A stretch of DNA of 37,998 nt from Clostridiales bacterium (GTDB lineage Bacteria; Bacillota; Clostridia; Lachnospirales; WQUN01): positions 1 to 37,998 of the forward strand of contig JAISZF010000050.1 in assembly GCA_031269415.1 (NCBI GenBank). The letters are read 5' to 3'. The notes below the pieces were generated by a model, which did no database searches, was not told the DNA's origin, and saw only the letters and a program-made list of their open reading frames with translations. A program made the translations under genes and the position numbers. Shown in pieces: positions 26,702-35,169 of the stretch; position 1 is the first letter of the stretch; each line of letters opens with the position of its first letter.

Positions 26702-28270
26702 ATGGAGAATCAGCTTGTCAAAGAGAAGGTTTATTTAGATCAGACCATAGACCGCGAATCTACGCAGATATTGCTTGAAGGCGATATCATTGTTCCGGAT
26801 GTAAAACCGGACATGGCGCAAATACTGTCCACCGACGCGAAGGTGCTGATTGAAAAAACCGAGGTGTCCGCGGACAGGGTCAATTTTATAGGAAAATTGG
26901 ATGTCGAAGTGCTTTACATCGCCAAAGGCGCGGATAAATCCGTTTATTCCATGAGCGTGACCGCGCCCATAGACGATTTTATCAACCTGGAGGGTGTAAC
27001 GCGCGACATGTGGGTAGACGCCAAGGCGGAACTGGCAAATATCGACTATAAGATGCTGAACGACAGAAAGATCAACTACCGCGCCGTTGTTAACGTGAGC
27101 GTGGGCGCCGAATATCCGGAAGCGCGGGAGATCGTGGTGAATATTGAGGACGTGCCAGAGAACCAACTGTTGAAATCGACTCTGAACCTGAACAAGACCG
27201 TTGAGAATAAACTGGATCATTTTACGGTTAAGGATCAGATTACTCTGCCATCCAGCAAGCCGAATATTCAGGAAATCATTCAATGCTCCACTCAGATCTC
27301 CAATAAGGACATACGCATAGCGGCCGGCAGGGTCAATATATCCGGCGACCTCTTTGTATCCGCGTTATTCAAAGGCGACAGCGACGAAAATCTGGTAGAG
27401 TTTATTGAGAATGAGATCCCGTTTAACGGTTCCGTTGACGTAACCGGGGTTAATGACGATATGTTTGCCGATGTGACGCTGAACGTGCAGGATCAGTATG
27501 TTCAGGTAAGGCCGGACAGCGACGGCGAAGATCGCGTGCTGGACATTGAGGTGTCCGTCGGCGTTATTCTCAAGGTGTACAGCACGCGGGAGATCGAGAT
27601 ACTTGAGGACGCTTACAGTATAGATCAGCAGCTTGATATAGTAAAAGATAAGGTGCGTTATCCAAAGCTGGTATGCAGGAACAGAAATCAGACCACAATA
27701 AAAGAAGTAATACAGGTTGATAATAACAGCCCGGATATTCTTCAAATCTTCAGGGTTAAAGGCAGTGTGCTGCTGGACGACATAAAGATCATAGACGATA
27801 AGATCATTGCCGAAGGCGCTATTCAGGCGGATATTCTATACTTGGCGGAAAGCGACGATACCCCAATCTACAGTTTCGGAAGCGTTATCCCTTACAGGCA
27901 GATCATTGAGACGAAAGGTTCAACGCCGGATATGTCCGTGAATCTTGACATCAGCATTGATCATATAGCGTTCAACATGCTTAGCAAGCGCGAAACTGAA
28001 GTGCGTTTCCTGCTGACGTTCAACACACAGGTTATTGAGGAAAAAAACGTGGATGTCGTCTCGGACATCGGGTTTAAGGAATTAGATCCCATTGTTTTGG
28101 ATAATATGTCTAGTATGACGATATATGTTGTGCAGGCGGACGATAACCTCTGGAAGATCGCCAAACGCTATAATACAGGCATAGACGATCTCCTTTCGGT
28201 CAATGATATCGAAAGTCCATCAAAGATTTTCCCCGGGCAGAAACTGCTTATCTTAAAAAAAGTGAGCTAG
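26702..28270 (+). CDS. DUF3794-repeat protein with C-terminal LysM domain (SipL/SpoVID-like coat morphogenetic protein)
   Basis: 522 aa. The C-terminal LysM is YVVQADDNLWKIAKRYNTGIDDLLSVNDI...PGQKLLI. Length and architecture match clostridial SipL. The family call for the N-terminal repeats is from memory. Confidence 0.65.
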   Translation: MENQLVKEKVYLDQTIDRESTQILLEGDIIVPDVKPDMAQILSTDAKVLIEKTEVSADRVNFIGKLDVEVLYIAKGADKSVYSMSVTAPIDDFINLEGVTRDMWVDAKAELANIDYKMLNDRKINYRAVVNVSVGAEYPEAREIVVNIEDVPENQLLKSTLNLNKTVENKLDHFTVKDQITLPSSKPNIQEIIQCSTQISNKDIRIAAGRVNISGDLFVSALFKGDSDENLVEFIENEIPFNGSVDVTGVNDDMFADVTLNVQDQYVQVRPDSDGEDRVLDIEVSVGVILKVYSTREIEILEDAYSIDQQLDIVKDKVRYPKLVCRNRNQTTIKEVIQVDNNSPDILQIFRVKGSVLLDDIKIIDDKIIAEGAIQADILYLAESDDTPIYSFGSVIPYRQIIETKGSTPDMSVNLDISIDHIAFNMLSKRETEVRFLLTFNTQVIEEKNVDVVSDIGFKELDPIVLDNMSSMTIYVVQADDNLWKIAKRYNTGIDDLLSVNDIESPSKIFPGQKLLILKKVS

Positions 28271-28296
28271 GTTTACAGCGGGTGAATAAAATTGCG

Positions 28297-28335
28297 TCCA
28301 CGCCGCGGTTATGATCTTGCGGCGTGGATTCTTCT
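28297..28335 (+). terminator. intrinsic terminator after the LysM protein
   Basis: TCCACGCCGC, 12-nt loop, GCGGCGTGGA, followed by TTCTTCT. Confidence 0.6.
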
Positions 28336-28400
28336 ATGCTATAGTAAATTATTATTAGTTTATTATTTGGGATTAACGTACACATAAGAAGGAGGTATTT

Positions 28401-28730
28401 ATGAAACTTGTTATGGCCATTATCCATGACGAAGACGCTTTCCATATCATGGATTTGCTTAATGAAAAGGGATATTCCGTCACAAAGCTCGCCAGTACCG
28501 GAGGTTTTTTAAGGGCCGGCAACACGACGCTGATCTGCGGTGTCACTGAGGAACGCATCCCTGAACTGGTTGACATTATCGAGAAAAAGTGCAAGAGCAG
28601 GAAACAGATTACCTCTGTGAACTCAACACATGTTAACGCGACGGAAAGCTACGTACCGTACCCGGTCGAGGTGACGGTAGGCGGAGCCACAATCTTCGTG
28701 CTTAACGTTGAAGATTTTAAAAAGGTATAG
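28401..28730 (+). CDS. darA: PII-like cyclic-di-AMP receptor (YaaQ/DarA, DUF970)
   Basis: 109 aa. MKLVMAIIHDEDAFHIMDLLNEKGYSVTKLASTGGFLRAGNTTL is typical DarA/PstA. Synteny with yaaR-holB supports the call. Confidence 0.85.
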   Translation: MKLVMAIIHDEDAFHIMDLLNEKGYSVTKLASTGGFLRAGNTTLICGVTEERIPELVDIIEKKCKSRKQITSVNSTHVNATESYVPYPVEVTVGGATIFVLNVEDFKKV

Positions 28731-28733
28731 GTT

Positions 28734-29174
28734 ATGTCCGTACGCATATCCGCGCCCATGCCGGTAACCGCCGCCGCGATTCAGCCCGGCGGGCGGCGCG
28801 TCACTGAGGCGGACTTCAGTTTCAGCCTGAATCGGCTGGACGATGAAGGTTTGGCGGAACGGCTGAGCAATCTTTTGGACGGCATAACGGTACAGGGAAA
28901 GCGGCTGGCGGAGCATATGGACATTAAGGATATGCGCCATTACAGGAGCCTGGTTTCTGATTTTATGCGTGAAGTGGTAACCCGTTCGCATGAGTTCACC
29001 CGCGAGAATTTTCTGGACAGGCGCGGTCGGCACCGCGTCTACGGCATTGTCCGGCTTGTGGACACGAAGCTGGATGAACTGGCGCGGAAATTGATCAGCT
29101 CGGAAAGGGATCATATAAACATCTTGGACAGGGTTGACGAGATAAAGGGTTTGCTTCTGGATATAATCGCTTGA
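28734..29174 (+). CDS. yaaR: YaaR (DUF327) family protein
   Basis: 146 aa. It has the conserved ...FLDRRGRHRVYGIVRLVDTKLDEL... segment and sits between darA and holB as in B. subtilis. Confidence 0.75.
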   Translation: MSVRISAPMPVTAAAIQPGGRRVTEADFSFSLNRLDDEGLAERLSNLLDGITVQGKRLAEHMDIKDMRHYRSLVSDFMREVVTRSHEFTRENFLDRRGRHRVYGIVRLVDTKLDELARKLISSERDHINILDRVDEIKGLLLDIIA

Positions 29175-29247
29175 AAACCGCCGGAAACGGCGGTTATTCT
29201 TGTTGAGCGCGGGCGACCCGCGCGGCGCGTTGTTTAAGGGGGGCTTT

Positions 29248-30231
29248 ATGGCTTCATTTTCTGAAATCATCGGCATGGACAGTATTATCGGCAGTTTGAG
29301 GAGTTCAATCCAATCCGGAAGGGTTTCGCACGCGTATGTCTTTGACGGGCAGGCGGGTATGGGTAAATCCACGCTGGCGAAAGCCCTGGCCAAAACGCTG
29401 CAATGCGAAGCCGGCGGAACTGACGCGTGCGGTTCATGCGTTTCCTGCCGGACATTTGAAAGCGGCAATCACCCTGATATTTTTAACGTAATTACAGACA
29501 AAAAATCCATAGGCGTGGACGATATCCGCGATCAGGTGATCAAGCCCATGGAAACGCGGCCCTATCGGTACCGCTATAAGATATTCATAATCGGCGGCGC
29601 GGATACCATGACCATGGCCGCGCAGAACGCTCTGCTGAAAACCATTGAGGAACCCGCGCCGTATGGACTGTTCTTGCTGCTCTCCGAAAATTATAACGCG
29701 TTTTTGCCGACAGTCATATCCAGGTGCGTTGTGTTCCGGCTGAAGCCGCTGTCCGAAGAGAATGTGGCGAACTATCTGACGGGTAAGGACATCAGTGAAG
29801 ACCAGGCGCGTTTTTACAGCGGTTTTTCACAGGGTAATATAGGCAGAGCCTTGCGGCTGTCGTCTTCGCAAGCCTTTACGGAAATGCGTGAGACGGTCGT
29901 ATCGCTGACGCAGGCGCTGCGCCGGCTGGACATGCCTGAGATATTCGCCCGCTTTCACGTTCTGGAGACTTATAAGGAGGATATACAGGAATTACTGGAT
30001 CTGCTTATGCTCTGGTACAGGGATGTTATAATAATGAAAGAAACCGATAACGCGCGTTTCCTCATTCAACCTGATAAGAAGAATGAAATCTACGCGGAGG
30101 CGCAGGCTACGGATTTATCCTGCCTGTATAAAAAATTTGACGCCATTTGGCAGGCTAAGCGGAATCTTAAACAAAACGGGAATTTTCAACTGACTCTGGA
30201 GATGATGCTGTTAAGCTTGGGAAGCGGGTGA
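29248..30231 (+). CDS. holB: DNA polymerase III subunit delta'
   Basis: The track ORF starts at 29200. I use ATG 29248 (SD AAGGGGGG). It has HAYVFDGQAGMGKSTLA (Walker A-like) and a zinc module CGSCVSC. Confidence 0.88.
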   Translation: MASFSEIIGMDSIIGSLRSSIQSGRVSHAYVFDGQAGMGKSTLAKALAKTLQCEAGGTDACGSCVSCRTFESGNHPDIFNVITDKKSIGVDDIRDQVIKPMETRPYRYRYKIFIIGGADTMTMAAQNALLKTIEEPAPYGLFLLLSENYNAFLPTVISRCVVFRLKPLSEENVANYLTGKDISEDQARFYSGFSQGNIGRALRLSSSQAFTEMRETVVSLTQALRRLDMPEIFARFHVLETYKEDIQELLDLLMLWYRDVIIMKETDNARFLIQPDKKNEIYAEAQATDLSCLYKKFDAIWQAKRNLKQNGNFQLTLEMMLLSLGSG

Positions 30232-31079
30232 TAGTAATGATTGATATAATAGGTGTCAGGTTTAAAAAAGTAGGCAAGATATATTTCTTTGATCCGGGGG
30301 ATATGGAGATCGACAGGGGTACGCCTGTTATTGTTGAAACCGCGCGCGGCGTGGAGTACGGTTACACGGAGATCGGCAGAAGGCCGGAGCCGGACGAGCA
30401 TGTGGTTCAGCCGCTTAAAAAGGTTATGCGTATCGCTACGGAAGACGACACGCGGCAGTTGGAGGCAAACAAACGGAGAGAAGAGGAAGCCTTTGACATA
30501 TGCCTGGAAAAGATAAAACAGCATGGGCTGGATATGAAATTGATTGAAGTGGAATTGACATTTGATCAGAACAAGATTATCTTCTACTTCACATCGGACG
30601 GGCGGGTTGATTTCAGGGAGCTGGTAAAAGAGCTGGCCTCGATCTTTCGGATTCGCATAGAACTGCGGCAGATAGGCGTAAGAGATGAGGCCAAGATACT
30701 GAACGGAATTGGCATATGCGGGCTTACGCTGTGCTGCGCCACGTTTTTGGGTGAGTTTCAGCCGGTTTCCATTAAAATGGCTAAGGAACAGAGTCTGTCG
30801 CTTAATCCGACCAAGATTTCCGGGATCTGCGGGCGGCTGATGTGCTGCCTTAAATATGAAGAGGACACGTATGAATTCCTGAACCGCGGTCTGCCGAACA
30901 CAGGCGATATTGTACGCACGCCGGACGGGGACGGCGAGATTCTGTCCGTGAATGTTCTGCGACAGATAGTAAAGGCGGCGGTGCGCAAAAAAACGTCGGA
31001 CGTGCCTGTTGTGGGTTTTTACGCGGCGCGTGAGATAAAAGTGCTGTCTAAAGCCGTAGTGGCTGAAAACGCCGAATAG
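30228..31079 (+). CDS. ricT: PSP1-domain protein YaaT/RicT (stage 0 sporulation, RNase Y regulation complex)
   Basis: 283 aa. The start could be GTG 30228 or ATG 30237. It has a PSP1 domain and a Cys cluster (CGLTLCC...CGRLMCC). Confidence 0.85.
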   Translation: MIVMIDIIGVRFKKVGKIYFFDPGDMEIDRGTPVIVETARGVEYGYTEIGRRPEPDEHVVQPLKKVMRIATEDDTRQLEANKRREEEAFDICLEKIKQHGLDMKLIEVELTFDQNKIIFYFTSDGRVDFRELVKELASIFRIRIELRQIGVRDEAKILNGIGICGLTLCCATFLGEFQPVSIKMAKEQSLSLNPTKISGICGRLMCCLKYEEDTYEFLNRGLPNTGDIVRTPDGDGEILSVNVLRQIVKAAVRKKTSDVPVVGFYAAREIKVLSKAVVAENAE

Positions 31080-31081
31080 CC

Positions 31082-31846
31082 ATGCCGAGCGAAATACTTG
31101 AAGGAGAACGGCTGGAGGATCTGCAATGCGGGGGTATGAAGCTGATCCAGAACCCGCGTTATTTCCGTTTCGGTATCGACGCTGTGCTTTTGGCGAACTT
31201 TTGCCGTGTGAAGGCGGGAGAAACCGTGATTGATCTATGTACCGGCACAGGGGTTATTCCTGTACTGCTCTGCGCCAAAACCCGCGCCAAACACATCCTC
31301 GGCATTGAGATTCAGAAAGCCTGCGCCGATATGGCGGGCAGAAGCGTATCGCTTAATGGGATTTCCGATCGAGTGAGCATTATAAACGGCGATATCAGGC
31401 GCGTCCGCGAACTCTTTCCCGCCGGATCGGCTCATGTGGTAACTGCTAACCCGCCGTATATAAAGAAAGGCGCCGGAAAAATCAACGAATCTGATGAGAT
31501 TTCCATAGCGCGGCATGAAGTGCGCTGCGACTGGAGTGATATAATAAAATCGGCCGCTTGGCTGTTAAAGCCGGGCGGCCGATTATACGCGGTTCACAGG
31601 CCGGAACGCCTGGCGGATATTATCTGTGCCGCGAGGGAATACCGCATGGAGCCGAAGGTAATCCGATACGTTCATCCATATGACCGCAAGCCTCCGATAT
31701 TGATACTCATAGAATTTATCAATGGCGGGGCGGCGTTTTTGAAAACCCTGCCGCCGTTGACAGTGTATGAGGCGGACGGCGGGTATACGGACGAACTACG
31801 AAAAATCTATGGAATAAAGCAATTAACAGGCGGTCAGTCGCCTTGA
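31082..31846 (+). CDS. trmN6: tRNA (adenine-N6)-methyltransferase, YabB/TrmN6-like
   Basis: 254 aa. It has a SAM-binding segment (VIDLCTGTG) and the NPPY motif (TANPPYIKKG), and follows yaaT as in B. subtilis. Confidence 0.8.
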   Translation: MPSEILEGERLEDLQCGGMKLIQNPRYFRFGIDAVLLANFCRVKAGETVIDLCTGTGVIPVLLCAKTRAKHILGIEIQKACADMAGRSVSLNGISDRVSIINGDIRRVRELFPAGSAHVVTANPPYIKKGAGKINESDEISIARHEVRCDWSDIIKSAAWLLKPGGRLYAVHRPERLADIICAAREYRMEPKVIRYVHPYDRKPPILILIEFINGGAAFLKTLPPLTVYEADGGYTDELRKIYGIKQLTGGQSP

Positions 31847-32742
31847 ACGGTAAGCATGGCGTTATGAGCGGCTATAGCCCCGTCGGCGGCGGCTGTGATC
31901 ACTTGGCGCAGCGACTTCCTGCGTATATCGCCCGCCGCGAATATGCCGGGTATATTGGTTCGCATCTCGTCGTCCGTGATGATATATCCCTGCCCGTCCA
32001 GGTTCAGCGATCCTTCGAACAATTTGCTGTTGGGGGACGCGCCGACCGCCACAAAGACGGCGGAAAGCTCCAACGCGCGCGGGGTATGACCCTCTTGGGA
32101 CAATACCGCGCCCTCTACCTTCTTTTCGCCCAGCAGTTCCGTTACCCTCGCGTTCATAATTAATTCTATATTGTCATGGTTTTTTAATTTTTCCGTTTCA
32201 GCCCGCGCCGCGCGGAAGCTGTCCCTCCGGTGGATTATATATACCTTCCGGCATATTCTGCTTAAGAATAACGCCTCCGTCACCGCCGTATCGCCGCCGC
32301 CGACAACCGCGACTTCCTTGTCCCTGAAGAAATTGCCGTCGCAGGTGGCGCAATATGACACGCCCGAACCTCTCAGTTCTTTTTCCCGCGCCAAGCCCAG
32401 TTCGCGGGGGTTGCGGCCCGTGGCCGCTATGACGCAGCGGCTCTCATAGCTTTGCTTTGCTGTCCTGATCACCTTAATATTATCGCCGAATTCCACCCCG
32501 TTAATGGTCTCGTAAATTATGCGGGGTTCATAGATCCGCGTCTGCTTTTCAAATTCGTCGATTAATTCCCCTCCTGTTATGGGCTTGGAGAAACCGGGGT
32601 AGTTCTCTATTTCATGCGTGTTGATAATTTGCCCGCCCAGGTACAGCTCCTCAATCAGCAATACGCCCAGCCCATAGCGCCGGGCGTACAGCGCAGCTGT
32701 AAGCCCCGCCGCCCCGCCGCCCAACACGATGACGTCATACAT
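31834..32742 (-). CDS. trxB: thioredoxin-disulfide reductase
   Basis: 302 aa. It has the redox motif CATCDG and FAD/NADPH GxGxxG motifs (GGGAAG, GGGDTA). It is convergent with trmN6 and overlaps it by 13 nt. Confidence 0.92.
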   Translation of the reverse strand: MYDVIVLGGGAAGLTAALYARRYGLGVLLIEELYLGGQIINTHEIENYPGFSKPITGGELIDEFEKQTRIYEPRIIYETINGVEFGDNIKVIRTAKQSYESRCVIAATGRNPRELGLAREKELRGSGVSYCATCDGNFFRDKEVAVVGGGDTAVTEALFLSRICRKVYIIHRRDSFRAARAETEKLKNHDNIELIMNARVTELLGEKKVEGAVLSQEGHTPRALELSAVFVAVGASPNSKLFEGSLNLDGQGYIITDDEMRTNIPGIFAAGDIRRKSLRQVITAAADGAIAAHNAMLTVQGD

Positions 32743-32764
32743 AGTAAAACTCCTCTCGATATAC

Positions 32765-32792
32765 TTGACTTTATCGGATAAACTGATATAAT
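32765..32792 (+). promoter_or_regulatory. sigma-A promoter for tRNA-Arg
   Basis: TTGACT (32765-32770), 16 nt, TATAAT (32787-32792). The tRNA begins 14 nt later. Confidence 0.5.
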
Positions 32793-32805
32793 GTTCTGGT
32801 TATCC

Positions 32806-32878
32806 GCATCTGTAGCTCAGTGGATAGAGCGACCGCCTCCTAAGCGGTAGGCCGTGGGTTCGATCCCCGCCAGGTGCA
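32806..32878 (+). tRNA. tRNA-Arg (anticodon CCT)
   Basis: Hand-folded cloverleaf. Acceptor stem GCATCTG/CAGGTGC, D arm GCTC-AGTGGATA-GAGC, anticodon arm ACCGC-CTCCTAA-GCGGT, T arm GTGGG-TTCGATC-CCCGC, discriminator A. CCA is not encoded. Confidence 0.93.
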
Positions 32879-32881
32879 TGT

Positions 32882-32922
32882 AAAGCCCTTGAAATCAGTT
32901 GATTTCAAGGCTTTATTTTTTT
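32882..32922 (+). terminator. intrinsic terminator after tRNA-Arg
   Basis: AAAGCCCTTGAAATC, loop AGTT, GATTTCAAGGCTTT (one bulge), followed by ATTTTTTT. Confidence 0.7.
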
Positions 32923-32936
32923 ATATTTTTTTAGTC

Positions 32937-32958
32937 TTCCCACATTATTCCCACATTA
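32937..32958. repeat. perfect tandem 11-bp direct repeat TTCCCACATTA x2 at the integrase 3' end
   Basis: Read directly. Copy 1 is 32937-32947 and copy 2 is 32948-32958. The second copy contains the integrase stop codon. Confidence 0.8.
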
Positions 32959-34155
32959 GATTTTAAAGAGGTGGTTAATGCTTTCAGCGGCTTCTGTTTT
33001 AACCTTGGGCATAACATGCACATACACACCTGCCGTGATTGCTATGGTCGAATGTCCTAATAGTTTTGACACGGTTAATAGTTCAATGCCCTGCTCAAAT
33101 AATTGCGTGGCGTAAGTGTGCCTTATATTATGAAACGCTCTTGTCCTTACCCCGGCCCTTTTTAAACAGCGTATCCATGCGTGGTATATATTTTTGCCGT
33201 CCAGGTAATTGCATGTACTGGATGTGAATATTAAACTCGCGCCTGTTAAGGGTATTTTGTTTGCCAGGTATTTTTCTTTTTGCCGCGCCAGATATGCCTT
33301 TAGGGTAGGAATTAACGCGCTGGGCAAAGGGACGTTCCTTATACTGCTTTTAGTCTTTGGCGTTTCCAGTATCAATGCATATTTGTATGAGCCGTCGGCG
33401 TTAATTATTTTTACGCTCTTTAATGCCTTTGCAACGTGTATTTCTTTATTCTCCAAGTCAACATCCCGGAATGACAGTCCCAGCAGTTCCCCTTTTCTAA
33501 GTCCTGTGCCTAAACCAAGTAACAGTATCATGTTGAGACAGCTTCCGGATTCGTTAAAATAGTTACATGACGCGGCTTTTATTTTTTCAATCTCGTCAGG
33601 TGTAAACGGGTCTACCTCTCTGTCTTCTATGTCGCTTATTCTTTCGGACGCTTTTGATCGCCCCGGAATAGCTATCCTGAAACAAGGATTTATTACTATG
33701 TATCCTTCCTTGATGCAGTAGTTGAAAAACATTTTTAACAGCTTATTCAGATTAAAGATTTGACTTGAGGAAGTTCCTGTATCATAGATCCTGTTATAAT
33801 ACTTTTGGAGCGTCATGGATTTAATGGCGTATATTTTCAGGTTGAATAGTTCCGTGTTTATTACATAGTTACGGAAAACGCCCTCGTATCTGTCGAACGT
33901 GGCGTAGGATGCATACTGCTTTACTACCTCAAATAACCAGGTATGCATGAACTCGCCTAAGGTAGTATTTTGAAAGTCAATATTTAACCCCTTATTGAGG
34001 TTATCAATATATTCTTTCTTTTTTTGTTCAGCTTCCCTCATATTCTTACCTAAAAATTCTTTCCGTATGCGCGTCCCATCCGGGCGCGTTCCAACAGTGG
34101 CAGTTACGCGGGCATATTTAATCCCGTTTTTTTCATAGTTAGTCTTAACTGCCAT
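32956..34155 (-). CDS. int: tyrosine-type site-specific integrase
   Basis: 399 aa. The catalytic residues occur in LGTGLRKGEL (R), HNIRHTYATQL (HxxR) and LLGHSTIAITAGVYVHV (H, Y). It is adjacent to the tRNA. Confidence 0.9.
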   Translation of the reverse strand: MAVKTNYEKNGIKYARVTATVGTRPDGTRIRKEFLGKNMREAEQKKKEYIDNLNKGLNIDFQNTTLGEFMHTWLFEVVKQYASYATFDRYEGVFRNYVINTELFNLKIYAIKSMTLQKYYNRIYDTGTSSSQIFNLNKLLKMFFNYCIKEGYIVINPCFRIAIPGRSKASERISDIEDREVDPFTPDEIEKIKAASCNYFNESGSCLNMILLLGLGTGLRKGELLGLSFRDVDLENKEIHVAKALKSVKIINADGSYKYALILETPKTKSSIRNVPLPSALIPTLKAYLARQKEKYLANKIPLTGASLIFTSSTCNYLDGKNIYHAWIRCLKRAGVRTRAFHNIRHTYATQLFEQGIELLTVSKLLGHSTIAITAGVYVHVMPKVKTEAAESINHLFKI

Positions 34156-34504
34156 TAGTGCGTTCCTCCTGTTGCATTTTCAGGTAAACGTCAGCAGCGC
34201 CCTCCAAACGATATTTGTTCTTAGTGTCCAGCTTCTGGATTTTCTCCAGTAAAGGCGCGATATTGTTTTCATTATCATATGCTGGGAATTTAATGTCATC
34301 ATTCATTAGATAATCGTAGGAAACGCCGAAATAGGATGTTATTTTTTTAACTATATCAACGGATATACGTTTGGAAGTGTTGCACCTAAACATATTATGT
34401 AATGCTTCATAGTTGATACCAGATTCATCACAAAGCTGTTTTATAGTTATTCCCTTTTCCCGACATAATGATTTAATTTTTTTATTAGTGTCCAATAAAA
34501 ACAC
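34145..34504 (-). CDS. XRE-family HTH regulator (CI-like repressor), overlaps the integrase start
   Basis: 119 aa. The HTH is IKSLCREKGITIKQLCDESGINYEALHNMF. The start could be GTG 34504 or TTG 34495 (SD GAAAGGTG). It overlaps int by 11 nt. Confidence 0.8.
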   Translation of the reverse strand: MFLLDTNKKIKSLCREKGITIKQLCDESGINYEALHNMFRCNTSKRISVDIVKKITSYFGVSYDYLMNDDIKFPAYDNENNIAPLLEKIQKLDTKNKYRLEGAADVYLKMQQEERTNGS

Positions 34505-34574
34505 CTTTCATATTATTATTTTTATCTATGGTAGCATTTTATTATTACAAAGGCAAGTCTTTTTTAGGTTTGAT

Positions 34575-34610
34575 TTGACAAGATGAACGACGTATGATAA
34601 ATTTATATCA
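34575..34610 (+). promoter_or_regulatory. rightward early promoter with an overlapping near-palindromic operator
   Basis: TTGACA (34575-34580), then TGa-TAAATT (34595-34603). The near-palindrome TGATAAATTTATATCA (34595-34610) covers the -10. Confidence 0.45.
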
Positions 34611-34667
34611 GTGTTTAAATTAACCAACAAAGGATGATTTTAACATTATTGCCCAAGGAGGGGTTGT

Positions 34668-34874
34668 ATGTTTCACAACATGATGGCGGAAATTGCAAGG
34701 CATGATTTAAAGCTGGTTGACATAGCAAAAGCTCTGGGGATTTCCAGATCTACGCTTTCCTCCAAGATAAGAGGTAAGTCGCTGTTTTGGGCAGATGAGG
34801 TGCAGACTATGCAAAAGCTGTATTTTTCTGATTGCACTTTTGATTATTTATTGCAGGAGGATACCGTTACATGA
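34668..34874 (+). CDS. small Cro/XRE-like HTH protein
   Basis: 68 aa. AEIARHDLKLVDIAKALGISRSTLSSKIRGKSLF is an HTH. It is divergent from the repressor, with SD AAGGAGGGG. Confidence 0.7.
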   Translation: MFHNMMAEIARHDLKLVDIAKALGISRSTLSSKIRGKSLFWADEVQTMQKLYFSDCTFDYLLQEDTVT

Positions 34875-35158
34875 AGCTTTCTTTAATTAATGATGAACCT
34901 ACGGTAGATTTTTATGAAGTTACTCCCGTGCAATGTGGTAAAATAATGAATCCTCCTATATCCGGCGCGACAGTACTGTCGCGCTGTAAACAAGGGATAC
35001 TGCCTTTTAAGTGTTACAGGACAGAAGGCGGGCATTGGAAAATTTTATTACCGAAGAAGCTTTATTCTAGTAACGCCATTGAGCAGACACTAAAAAATGA
35101 AAACGCCAAATTAAAATTGGTAATCGAAGCCGTTAAGGACGCTGTTAATACATTATAG
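34871..35158 (+). CDS. hypothetical DNA-binding protein, possibly excisionase-like (HTH_17-like)
   Basis: 95 aa with an ATGA overlap to the Cro-like gene. The segment CGKIMNPPISGATVLSRCKQGILPFKCYRTEGGHWKI resembles excisionase-family HTH proteins. The assignment is weak. Confidence 0.4.
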   Translation: MKLSLINDEPTVDFYEVTPVQCGKIMNPPISGATVLSRCKQGILPFKCYRTEGGHWKILLPKKLYSSNAIEQTLKNENAKLKLVIEAVKDAVNTL

Positions 35159-35169
35159 AAGGGTTTGCC

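Noticed and set aside
28623-29468. 281-aa ORF antisense to darA-yaaR-holB
   Set aside because: - The sequence is low-complexity and Arg/Pro/His-rich with no motifs.
- It fully overlaps three well-supported, syntenic + strand genes.
- It has no SD.
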